NCBI GenBank assembly: GCA_002720275.1
Contig: PBHR01000023.1
Span: forward strand, 21,600-85,599
DNA length: 64,000 nucleotides
Direction of reading: 5' to 3'
DNA from: Methanobacteriota archaeon
GTDB taxonomy: Archaea > Thermoplasmatota > Poseidoniia > Poseidoniales > Poseidoniaceae
Positions 41,557-49,744 of the stretch are shown in pieces. Under the pieces are notes generated by a model. It made no database searches. It saw only the letters and a program-made list of their open reading frames with translations, and was not told the DNA's origin. The position numbers and the translations under genes are program-made. Within the stretch, counting starts at the first letter, position 1; every line of letters starts with the position of its first letter.

Positions 41557-41979
41557 GTGGAAAAAGTGGCTGAGGAGGAAATTATTGAAGAAGCGAATAT
41601 TACAATTTCATCCAATGTAGATATACCTCCAACATACTGTCCTAAATGTGATGCATTACTTCCTGAAGGCCCTGGTGAAAAGAAATGTGGAAGTTGTTCA
41701 GCAAAAGTGAATGTGAAATTGCCTTCATTAGAACATGAATGGAAAAATGAACGTATTGCATGTCCTGCTTGCTCCAAAGTTTTAGTAGCAGGAATTGGAG
41801 CAAGACCTTGTAAACTAAAATGCTCATCTTGTAATCAAAAATTTACTCTGACTAAAAAAATAATGAAAAGTGAAATTGCTTGTCCTGGATGTGAAAGAAA
41901 GTTAAGAGTTAAACGGACACCAGGTGAAAAATTATTAAAGTGTCCTGCATGTGAAAAAGAAATAAAAATCAAATTTTAA
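41557..41979 (+). CDS. Multi-zinc-ribbon protein (six CxxC motifs)
   Basis: CPKC, CGSC, CPAC, CSSC, CPGC and CPAC in 140 aa. Confidence 0.8.
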   Translation: MEKVAEEEIIEEANITISSNVDIPPTYCPKCDALLPEGPGEKKCGSCSAKVNVKLPSLEHEWKNERIACPACSKVLVAGIGARPCKLKCSSCNQKFTLTKKIMKSEIACPGCERKLRVKRTPGEKLLKCPACEKEIKIKF

Positions 41980-42052
41980 TCAAAATCATGGATTTTAAAT
42001 TTTAGTCTTAAATTTAATACCTTGCAATAATTATTACCTGCTTTCTTTAATA

Positions 42053-44602
42053 ATGATAAGAAAACGTGTGTTTATCGGTGGGATGCACTTGAGCGTTAGC
42101 GATAGCAATAATAATGATATATCAACGGGCATGAATAATGTTACAAATAAGGAAAAACCAAACCTTGCAGCATTAAGAAATTCAATTACAGGAAATAGTG
42201 GTGCAAAAATGTCTCACACAATTACAGAATCTGAAAGAAGAAGAGGAGAACAAAAGATTAAACTTAACATTAACCGTGAAAAAAGATTGAGATTATTGGA
42301 ACAAAATGAAAGATTGCAACACATTAAGAAAAATGTTACAATGGAACTTGATTTACAACATCAACTAACTCTTGAACAACTTGAATCTGAATGGAGAAGA
42401 GAGATGGAATCAGATTTAACAAGATTACAGCAGGAAACCATGAAAAATAATGAACAAATTTTGCGTGATGAATTTGAACAGCGTTTAATTAGGGAGCAGG
42501 GTCAATTATTTGATCAAATTCGAACTGAAAAAGAAAGGAAGCTTGAGGAATTTAGAAATCACACAACTTCAAGATTAGAAAAAGAATTGAAAAATGAATA
42601 CCAAAAAAGATTAGATTTCCATAGAGAAAGATTAGAAATCGAGTTTAATCAAGCATTTTTTGAACAATCAAATGCAATAAATGATCAAATTAGAAAAGAT
42701 TTGGAAGAACAATTTAATATTGAAATTGAAACTGAAGAAGTCAGATTAGAAGGCCTTCATCAAGATAGGCTAGCAGAAAGGGAATCTCAACTAAGAGCTT
42801 CAATAAAAATTAGACTTGAGCAACAAGCAAAACAACGTATGGATGAAAGAGAAGCACAATTAAGAGCAGAATATGGTAGAAGAGGAAGGCAATTAGAAGA
42901 AGAAATTGCAATGCAAATCCAGTCAGAAATAGAAAGGGAAATGAGAGAACAAACTGGTTTACTAGAACAAGAAATGCGTGAAGATGTGGAAATGGCTCTT
43001 GCAAGAAGAAAAGAAGAGTTAAGAACTTTAATTGAAAGGGAATTAAGTGAATCATATTCAGAAAAGTTGGCAGATAGAAAATCAAGATTGCAAGAACGTT
43101 ATGATTTATTATTCCAACAAAATGTTGACGATATAGATTCGCAATTACGTTCAAATATTAAATCTGAGATGGATAGAAAAATTGATGATGAATTCCAATC
43201 ATACAAATTATCCAAGGAAGCAGAAATGCAAAATGAATTATCTAAATTTAGATATGAACAAGAAAGTTACTTGAGGGAAACATTATCTGATAATTATGAA
43301 GACAAACGCAAAGATTGGGTTAAGAAATTAGAACTTGAATATAATGCAAGAGAAGATGCTTCTAAAAAATCAATATTATCTGAAATTGATGCACAAATGC
43401 GTAATGAAAGAATTACCAGGGAAACTGATCTAGAATTATTACGTGAAGAAACCGGGCTTGAATTAGAAGTTGAAATGGAAGCAAGATTGGAAGAATTCCG
43501 TGGAAGAAAAATGGAAGAAGTTGCTACACATCTTGAGAAACAATTACTCAAACTTGAAGAAATTATGCGTAATAAAGCACTTATTGAAGTTAGAAGAAGA
43601 GAAGGTGAAATCCGTAAAGAAATTGAGTCTCAACTCGGAATTAAGAGAGAAGAAATTCGTGATAGGCTAAAAATGCTTAATGAACAAATGGATAAATTCA
43701 GAGAAATGGCTGAAGAAAAAATGCGGGACCAAATTAGAACTGACTTTGAGGCTGAAATTGGCGTAGAAGAAGGGAAGTTAGAAGAAGCTCAAGATGTTAT
43801 GGATCAACTAAAATCAGATGATGCACTACTCTCAAAACGTCAAGCTTGGTTAGGAGCAATCGCTGGAGAAAAAGTAGATCCATTGCAACAACAAGGTGGT
43901 TTATTAGGTGGAAAACTAGGTCAAAGTTTAGGTGGTCAAACATTGGCTGGAAATGTCCCAAAAACTACTCCGATTTTAGGTGGAGCACCGATAGGTTCTC
44001 AAAGACCTACTCTAAAACCTGTTAGGTCACCTATTATTGAAGAAAAACAGACTACTACAACAATACTTCCTAAACCGGTTCATACAACAATTAAACCAAA
44101 ACTAGAATCTGAAGAAATTTCTGAAAGTTCTGAAGATGATAAATCAGAGTTTAAAATTCCTAAATTAATTACTGAGGAAATAGATGAAAGTTCAATTACT
44201 GAAGAAGATGAACTAGAAATTTCAAAAGTACTAGAAGAAACATTAGATGATGCTGATCAAATCATAGAAATGTTATCTACAGAACTTGAAGAAAGAGAAC
44301 AAGTAATTGATGAAGTGATTAAAAAAGCAAATATCGGTAGTTTAAAGAAATTGGAAACTCCTACATTAAAACCGTCATCTGCAAAATTAAAACCTGTTAA
44401 AACAACTGTTTTAAAACCTGAAACAACAACATTAATGCCTTCTAAAGCACCAGTTCTAAAACCATCAGGTACAAGTCTAACACCTGCAAATAAAGTTTTA
44501 ATGCCTGAAAATAATAATGATGATGTAGAAAAAATACCTATGAAATCAATTACAGACATCGCTAAAGAGGAGATTGCACAACAAAAATTAGAAGAAGAAT
44601 AG
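42053..44602 (+). CDS. Very long coiled-coil protein with low-complexity tail
   Basis: About 540 aa of E/R/Q/L-rich helix, then Gly/Pro-rich, acidic and L[K/M/T]P-repeat segments; exact start uncertain. Confidence 0.8.
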   Translation: MIRKRVFIGGMHLSVSDSNNNDISTGMNNVTNKEKPNLAALRNSITGNSGAKMSHTITESERRRGEQKIKLNINREKRLRLLEQNERLQHIKKNVTMELDLQHQLTLEQLESEWRREMESDLTRLQQETMKNNEQILRDEFEQRLIREQGQLFDQIRTEKERKLEEFRNHTTSRLEKELKNEYQKRLDFHRERLEIEFNQAFFEQSNAINDQIRKDLEEQFNIEIETEEVRLEGLHQDRLAERESQLRASIKIRLEQQAKQRMDEREAQLRAEYGRRGRQLEEEIAMQIQSEIEREMREQTGLLEQEMREDVEMALARRKEELRTLIERELSESYSEKLADRKSRLQERYDLLFQQNVDDIDSQLRSNIKSEMDRKIDDEFQSYKLSKEAEMQNELSKFRYEQESYLRETLSDNYEDKRKDWVKKLELEYNAREDASKKSILSEIDAQMRNERITRETDLELLREETGLELEVEMEARLEEFRGRKMEEVATHLEKQLLKLEEIMRNKALIEVRRREGEIRKEIESQLGIKREEIRDRLKMLNEQMDKFREMAEEKMRDQIRTDFEAEIGVEEGKLEEAQDVMDQLKSDDALLSKRQAWLGAIAGEKVDPLQQQGGLLGGKLGQSLGGQTLAGNVPKTTPILGGAPIGSQRPTLKPVRSPIIEEKQTTTTILPKPVHTTIKPKLESEEISESSEDDKSEFKIPKLITEEIDESSITEEDELEISKVLEETLDDADQIIEMLSTELEEREQVIDEVIKKANIGSLKKLETPTLKPSSAKLKPVKTTVLKPETTTLMPSKAPVLKPSGTSLTPANKVLMPENNNDDVEKIPMKSITDIAKEEIAQQKLEEE

Positions 44603-44661
44603 ATTATTTTTGATAAACGCTATTCCGTCTGATTCATAGATGAGAACCCATTGGCTCTGAC

Positions 44662-47070
44662 ATGCGTAAAGTAGGATATTGCATTTTTCTCTTATTTTTA
44701 ACTGCAACATGTTTACCTTTAGCAACGGCTTTGAATGCATCCGACTTCTCTGGTTCTGATGCAAATAATTGTTCAGAATTGCCTTGCACTGATGCTGGAG
44801 AAATACTAGTAGAATTGGATTCAAAGCCAATAAAAATGTGGAAGACTCCTGAAAATAATTATCTCATAATAAGTGAAAATGGTTTTATGAATTTATTCAG
44901 CCTTAGTTCAACAGGATTTGAAGAAGCATGGCAATTAGAAGTTGATTCAAATGGAAATATTTCTAGTGCTGCATATTTTTCAGAATTTAATTTAGTAGTT
45001 TTTGGAAATGAAACAGGTGCGCAAGTCGTAGATGTAGGCCCTGCTAGAGAAAAAGGACGATTTATTTACCAAGGTACACCCGTAGTAGATGTCGCTTGGG
45101 ATCCAACAGATGGAGCGGATTTAGATAGTGATGGGATTACAGATTTACCTCATATTTGGATAGCTGTAGAAGCAAGTAAAAGGGCTGTGCAATACGATAT
45201 TAACTTAGAATTACCTACTGCAAAACAAACAAATGAACATGCAAATCATATTGGATCAGTAATGGTTCTTGATGATGGAACAATTATTACAGGAGGAGAT
45301 GACGAAATTTTTGTTCACGAAATCAATCAAGCAGATTCGATGATTTTAACTGATACTTTAGAACCGGGATATTCTGGAACTTTTGATATCATAATGACAA
45401 ATGATGACCAAAGTAAAATATATTTTTCTGAATTTGATGGAAGAAAGATAATATCATACGATTACAATAAAAATGCATTACCAGGTCAACAATGGACCAC
45501 CACTAGCGTGACTGGTCAAGGAACTAACCCCAGCAATATTGGTTTTGAGCAAATCTCTTCAACTTTATATTCAATGGATGAAACATTAATTTTAGGGACT
45601 CAAGATAAATTATTTTTTATTAATGCAGAAACAATGGTAAAAGATCAAAATCAATTAAATTATCCACTCGGTGTAAATGCAATTGTAGATACTATTTATG
45701 GTGGTTTATTAGTAACAAGTGGTAAAAATGTGCATTTATTAGATTTTGATTCCGATAATGATGGTGTAACTGATACAAAAGATGCGTTTCCTGGAGATCC
45801 ATCTCAAGCGTATGATTTAGATGGTGATGGATGTGGCGATAACTTAGAAGGAAACTATCCTGATTATTTTCCTGATGATGAATTTGAATGCGTCGATACG
45901 GATGGTGACGGAGTAGGGGATAATGGAGATGATTTTCCCAATAATGAAAACGAATGGGAAGACTCTGATGGAGATGGATATGGAGACAATAGTGATGCGT
46001 TTCCTGATGAAGATAGTCAATGGGAAGATTCTGATGGTGATGGATTCGGAGATAACCCTGAAGGACAACAACCAGATGACTGTCCTGAACAATATGGTAC
46101 TTCAAGCATAGATCGTTACGGTTGTGTTGATGGAGATGGTGATGGTTATAGTAATCCAATTGAGGGTGAAGATAACACCAATGCTGACTTATTCCCTAAT
46201 GATGAAACTCAATGGAAAGATTGGGATGAAGATGGATTTGGAGATAATCCTGATGGCAATGGTGGAGATGATTGCCCATTAGATTTTGGAACCAGTAATA
46301 AAACACTTGAATATAATGAAGAAACAGGGCTTTGGCTTACCCCAAGTCACTTTGGTTGTAAAGATTTAGATGGTGATGGCTTTGCAGATAGTACAGACCA
46401 ATTCGATAACGACCCAAATGAATGGTTAGATGCAGATAACGATGGAGTGGGTGGAAATTCCGACTATAACGACAATGATGACTCATATTCAACATTAGAA
46501 GGAAAATGTGCTTTACAAGATCAAAATAACTTATCTGAAGATTGTGTAATTCCTGAAGATAATATTAAATCCGAAGAAGAATTAAAACAAGAACAACTCC
46601 AAGCATCAATAAAACAGGCCGGTTTGTATGGATCAATAGCATTTGTAGTAATAATAGCAGCAATTTTAATCGTAGGGCAAATATTCAAAGCTTTAAGTAC
46701 GAATAAAAGAATGAAGATTGAAAAAGACTCTATTGGAAATAAAGAAGTTATGGCTACTGAATCTGGTGAAGGGTTCGAATATGATTCTACATTTTCTGAA
46801 GACTCTGCATGGAGTGACGATCCTGTTGATGAATTAAACGTAAATTCGGAAGCAATGGATGCTGCTTTTGATGAAGATGAAGTTAAAACAGATCCATTAG
46901 AAGAAAATAATAATGACGAAGACAGTGATGATATTTCTGAACAACCAATAGAAACTCCTCCTGAACAACCAACAGAGGTTCCGCCAATTCCTGAATCTGG
47001 TTTACCTGAGGGTTGGACGATGGACCAATGGAAATGGTATGGAGCGGAATGGTTAGAAAAAAATAAATAA
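44662..47070 (+). CDS. Membrane-anchored surface protein with beta-rich N-domain and thrombospondin type-3-like Ca-binding repeats
   Basis: Signal peptide; many DxDxDGxGD...DxFP repeats (about 45745-46480); one C-terminal TM; acidic tail ending GLPEGWTMDQWKWYG. Confidence 0.88.
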   Translation: MRKVGYCIFLLFLTATCLPLATALNASDFSGSDANNCSELPCTDAGEILVELDSKPIKMWKTPENNYLIISENGFMNLFSLSSTGFEEAWQLEVDSNGNISSAAYFSEFNLVVFGNETGAQVVDVGPAREKGRFIYQGTPVVDVAWDPTDGADLDSDGITDLPHIWIAVEASKRAVQYDINLELPTAKQTNEHANHIGSVMVLDDGTIITGGDDEIFVHEINQADSMILTDTLEPGYSGTFDIIMTNDDQSKIYFSEFDGRKIISYDYNKNALPGQQWTTTSVTGQGTNPSNIGFEQISSTLYSMDETLILGTQDKLFFINAETMVKDQNQLNYPLGVNAIVDTIYGGLLVTSGKNVHLLDFDSDNDGVTDTKDAFPGDPSQAYDLDGDGCGDNLEGNYPDYFPDDEFECVDTDGDGVGDNGDDFPNNENEWEDSDGDGYGDNSDAFPDEDSQWEDSDGDGFGDNPEGQQPDDCPEQYGTSSIDRYGCVDGDGDGYSNPIEGEDNTNADLFPNDETQWKDWDEDGFGDNPDGNGGDDCPLDFGTSNKTLEYNEETGLWLTPSHFGCKDLDGDGFADSTDQFDNDPNEWLDADNDGVGGNSDYNDNDDSYSTLEGKCALQDQNNLSEDCVIPEDNIKSEEELKQEQLQASIKQAGLYGSIAFVVIIAAILIVGQIFKALSTNKRMKIEKDSIGNKEVMATESGEGFEYDSTFSEDSAWSDDPVDELNVNSEAMDAAFDEDEVKTDPLEENNNDEDSDDISEQPIETPPEQPTEVPPIPESGLPEGWTMDQWKWYGAEWLEKNK

Positions 47071-47073
47071 TAT

Positions 47074-47337
47074 CTACCTAAATTCAATCGGTAATGATTT
47101 TTTAATCTCGCCTAATTTAGAACCCAGAATTAATGATTTACCATCTGGATTTTTAAAAGAATTAACCAACAGCCAAAGAATTTTATTCCATTCACCCGGA
47201 TTAGCAACAAGTCTAATTTTCCCACAAGCGGCTTTTTCCAATAAAGATGATTCTAAACTTTGGTTGTCAAATAATCCTCTTACTATCTGAGAAGCATTAA
47301 TTGTAAATGTTTTGGGGTGATAAGCCATATTCTTCAA
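47074..47337 (-). CDS. Small protein resembling a degenerate PIN (VapC-like) fold
   Basis: FTINASQIVRGLF...LLEKAACGKIRLVAN parallels the PIN N-terminus but lacks the catalytic Asp; coupled to the upstream RHH gene. Confidence 0.5.
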   Translation of the reverse strand: MKNMAYHPKTFTINASQIVRGLFDNQSLESSLLEKAACGKIRLVANPGEWNKILWLLVNSFKNPDGKSLILGSKLGEIKKSLPIEFR

Positions 47338-47338
47338 C

Positions 47339-47584
47339 TCAAAAAGGTGATAATTCTAATTTTTCAATAAGGTCATTTACATCAACATTGTCCAATTTTT
47401 CTAAATGATCTTGTAATTGTTTAGATTCTGCACTTAATCGACTTAATCTTTTCTCCATTAATAAATGTCCTAAAAGAGAATCTATATTTTTAAATTCCAT
47501 CATTGAACGCATTTGATTCAATTGTCTTCTTGTTTCAAGGCTTACACTTACCGAGGTCATTCCTTCCGCAGTCATGATTAACAT
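47339..47584 (-). CDS. Ribbon-helix-helix (CopG/VapB-like) DNA-binding protein
   Basis: TSVSVSLETRRQLNQMR....KNIDSLLGHLL strand-helix-helix pattern. Confidence 0.7.
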   Translation of the reverse strand: MLIMTAEGMTSVSVSLETRRQLNQMRSMMEFKNIDSLLGHLLMEKRLSRLSAESKQLQDHLEKLDNVDVNDLIEKLELSPF

Positions 47585-47675
47585 TTGTTTTCGACAATTA
47601 ACAATACTTAATTTGATGCCTTATAATCTCACTAAAATGTAGATTTGAATGGTGAATTGAAAGTCTCGTTCTTAT

Positions 47676-48629
47676 TTATTCTCTATTTAATAAAAATTGG
47701 CTTGTTCTTGTGACTCCGTGTTTTTTCATTAAATCTTGTACTCGAAGATGAGCTTCTTTACCTAAAGTCCAATATTGGTGACTCCCCCTTCCTTTCGAAT
47801 CATTTCCTGGCCGATGTAACAAAACAGTAGGGCTCCCCTCAGAAGGTGCTTCAGCAATTTTTACTAACCTTTGAATCGCAGTATTAAACACTTGATCTGG
47901 GAAAAAACGAGCAACTTCATCACAAACCATCCGTGAAAGTGTACTTTTTGGTAAGACCATCGTCATAGCAATTCCAAATAATTTTAAATTCGGATTAATT
48001 CTTCTTTGTACTAACTTTATAGTATTCATTAACAAACTCATCCCTTCTAAAGCATAATATTCTGCTTGTACAGGAGTTAAAACCCAATTTGATGCGGCTA
48101 ATGCATTAATTGTCAAAAGACCCAAACTTGGTGGTGTATCTATTATAATGTAATCAAAATCATTAATAATATGCGCAATTCCTTCTTTAAGTCTAGTTTC
48201 TCGACCAATTTTCGTTGATAATTCTATATCCGCGCCAGATAAATGTATATTTGAAGGTAACAAATATAAATTATCTACTTTTAATTTCTCGGGTATTTTT
48301 TCACTTGAATTGGAAATAGCCCAAGCAGTTCGCATTGATTGTGTCAATTCTTCTGGTGAAATAATATAATCATCAATTAATGGTAATTCATCTCCCAGAT
48401 CATTCATCAAAACATCACTTACTGTTTTCTTCAATTTACTTTTATCAACACCAAAACTTGTTGATACATTTCCTTGGGGGTCTAAATCTATTAAAAGCAC
48501 CTTTGATGGTGGAATTCCATATTTTCGATTTCCTTCTGCAAGAACTGTTGCTAAATTTACTGAAGTAGTAGTTTTAGCACAACCTCCTTTTTGATTCGTA
48601 ACTGCAATGACCATCTTATATGGATCCAT
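47676..48629 (-). CDS. parA: ParA/Soj family ATPase
   Basis: NQKGGCAKTTT deviant Walker A, IDLDPQGN, IIDTPPSLG, PVQAEYYALEG and IAEAPS. Confidence 0.92.
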   Translation of the reverse strand: MDPYKMVIAVTNQKGGCAKTTTSVNLATVLAEGNRKYGIPPSKVLLIDLDPQGNVSTSFGVDKSKLKKTVSDVLMNDLGDELPLIDDYIISPEELTQSMRTAWAISNSSEKIPEKLKVDNLYLLPSNIHLSGADIELSTKIGRETRLKEGIAHIINDFDYIIIDTPPSLGLLTINALAASNWVLTPVQAEYYALEGMSLLMNTIKLVQRRINPNLKLFGIAMTMVLPKSTLSRMVCDEVARFFPDQVFNTAIQRLVKIAEAPSEGSPTVLLHRPGNDSKGRGSHQYWTLGKEAHLRVQDLMKKHGVTRTSQFLLNRE

Positions 48630-48656
48630 CTTAGATTCCCCCTCAATGCATAAAAA

Positions 48657-49661
48657 TTATGCTTGAATTACAGGAACTGGTACTTCTGATAAAATTTTAC
48701 GAAGAATATGCATACCAGTAATTCCACGTATTTTTGCTTCGGGTTTCAGTACAATTCTATGTGCTGCCACCTGTAAAGTAATTCCTTTAATGTCATCAGG
48801 AGTAACATAATCTCTTCCTGCAATTGCTGCAGCAGCACGGCCAGTCTTGAAAAGTGATTGGCTAGCACGTGGAGAGGCCCCTGTAATTACACGGTGATCT
48901 TCACGAGTTCTCTGTACTAATTCTACAATGTAAGAAAGTATCGCAGGATCTACATGTACTGTTTCAAGTGCTTTTTGCATTGCAACAACTTTCTTTGGAG
49001 AAGTAACCTGTTCAACATCATGATCATCTTTACCTCTAATTTTTCTACGTGCTAAAATTGCTTTTTCTTCTGCACGTTCTGGATAACCCATACTCATTTT
49101 CATCAAAAATCGATCCATTTGAGCTTCTGGCAGTGGATATGTTCCTTCCTGTTCAATTGGGTTTTGAGTTGCTAAAACTACAAATGGTGCTGGTAATTTG
49201 TGCGTTATTCCTTCAATAGTAACTTGTTTTTCCTCCATCGCTTCTAGTAATGCAGCTTGAGTTTTTGGAGGAGCCCTATTAATTTCGTCAGCCAATAGTA
49301 TATTTGTAAATAAAGGACCTGCCCTTAATTTAAATTCTCCAGATTTTTGATCATACATGTAAGTACCCATAATATCTGAAGGTAATAGATCTGGAGTGAA
49401 TTGTACACGTTTAAACTTACAACCTAATGCTTTGGCAAATGTATTTGAAAGCATAGTTTTACCCAAACCAGGGAAATCTTCCAATAGCATATTACCATTA
49501 GATAAAATTCCGACTGTGACTCTACGTAAATTTTCTTGTTTACCTATGATTACTTTTCCAACTTCATTCATTAACTGATTTGAGATATTACTCACGGTGT
49601 TAATTAATTCTCTAGACCGGGCATCACCACCTGCCGCGGATGCACTAAAACCTGCACTCAT
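48657..49661 (-). CDS. moxR: MoxR family AAA+ ATPase
   Basis: PGLGKT, RVQFTPDLLPSD, LADEINRAPPKTQAALLEAM and ATQNPIEQEGTYPLPEAQMDRF. Confidence 0.95.
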   Translation of the reverse strand: MSAGFSASAAGGDARSRELINTVSNISNQLMNEVGKVIIGKQENLRRVTVGILSNGNMLLEDFPGLGKTMLSNTFAKALGCKFKRVQFTPDLLPSDIMGTYMYDQKSGEFKLRAGPLFTNILLADEINRAPPKTQAALLEAMEEKQVTIEGITHKLPAPFVVLATQNPIEQEGTYPLPEAQMDRFLMKMSMGYPERAEEKAILARRKIRGKDDHDVEQVTSPKKVVAMQKALETVHVDPAILSYIVELVQRTREDHRVITGASPRASQSLFKTGRAAAAIAGRDYVTPDDIKGITLQVAAHRIVLKPEAKIRGITGMHILRKILSEVPVPVIQA

Positions 49662-49744
49662 GATACTAACCTAAACACCGTGCTAAGATGTTTATACTTC
49701 AACCTTCGGTATCAATACTTCAACTAAAAATGGGTGGAAAAATA

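Noticed and set aside
45745..46480. Repetitive DNA that might be a CRISPR array or tandem repeat
   Set aside because: The repeats are degenerate, in frame and encode DxDxDG calcium-binding motifs; there is no repeat-spacer structure or cas gene
37807..47070. Genomic island integrated at tRNA-Leu
   Set aside because: No integrase, no visible duplicate of the tRNA 3' end, and no obvious composition shift
47074..47584. Active VapBC toxin-antitoxin defence module
   Set aside because: The PIN-like ORF is short and lacks the first conserved Asp; kept only as a degenerate or repurposed candidate
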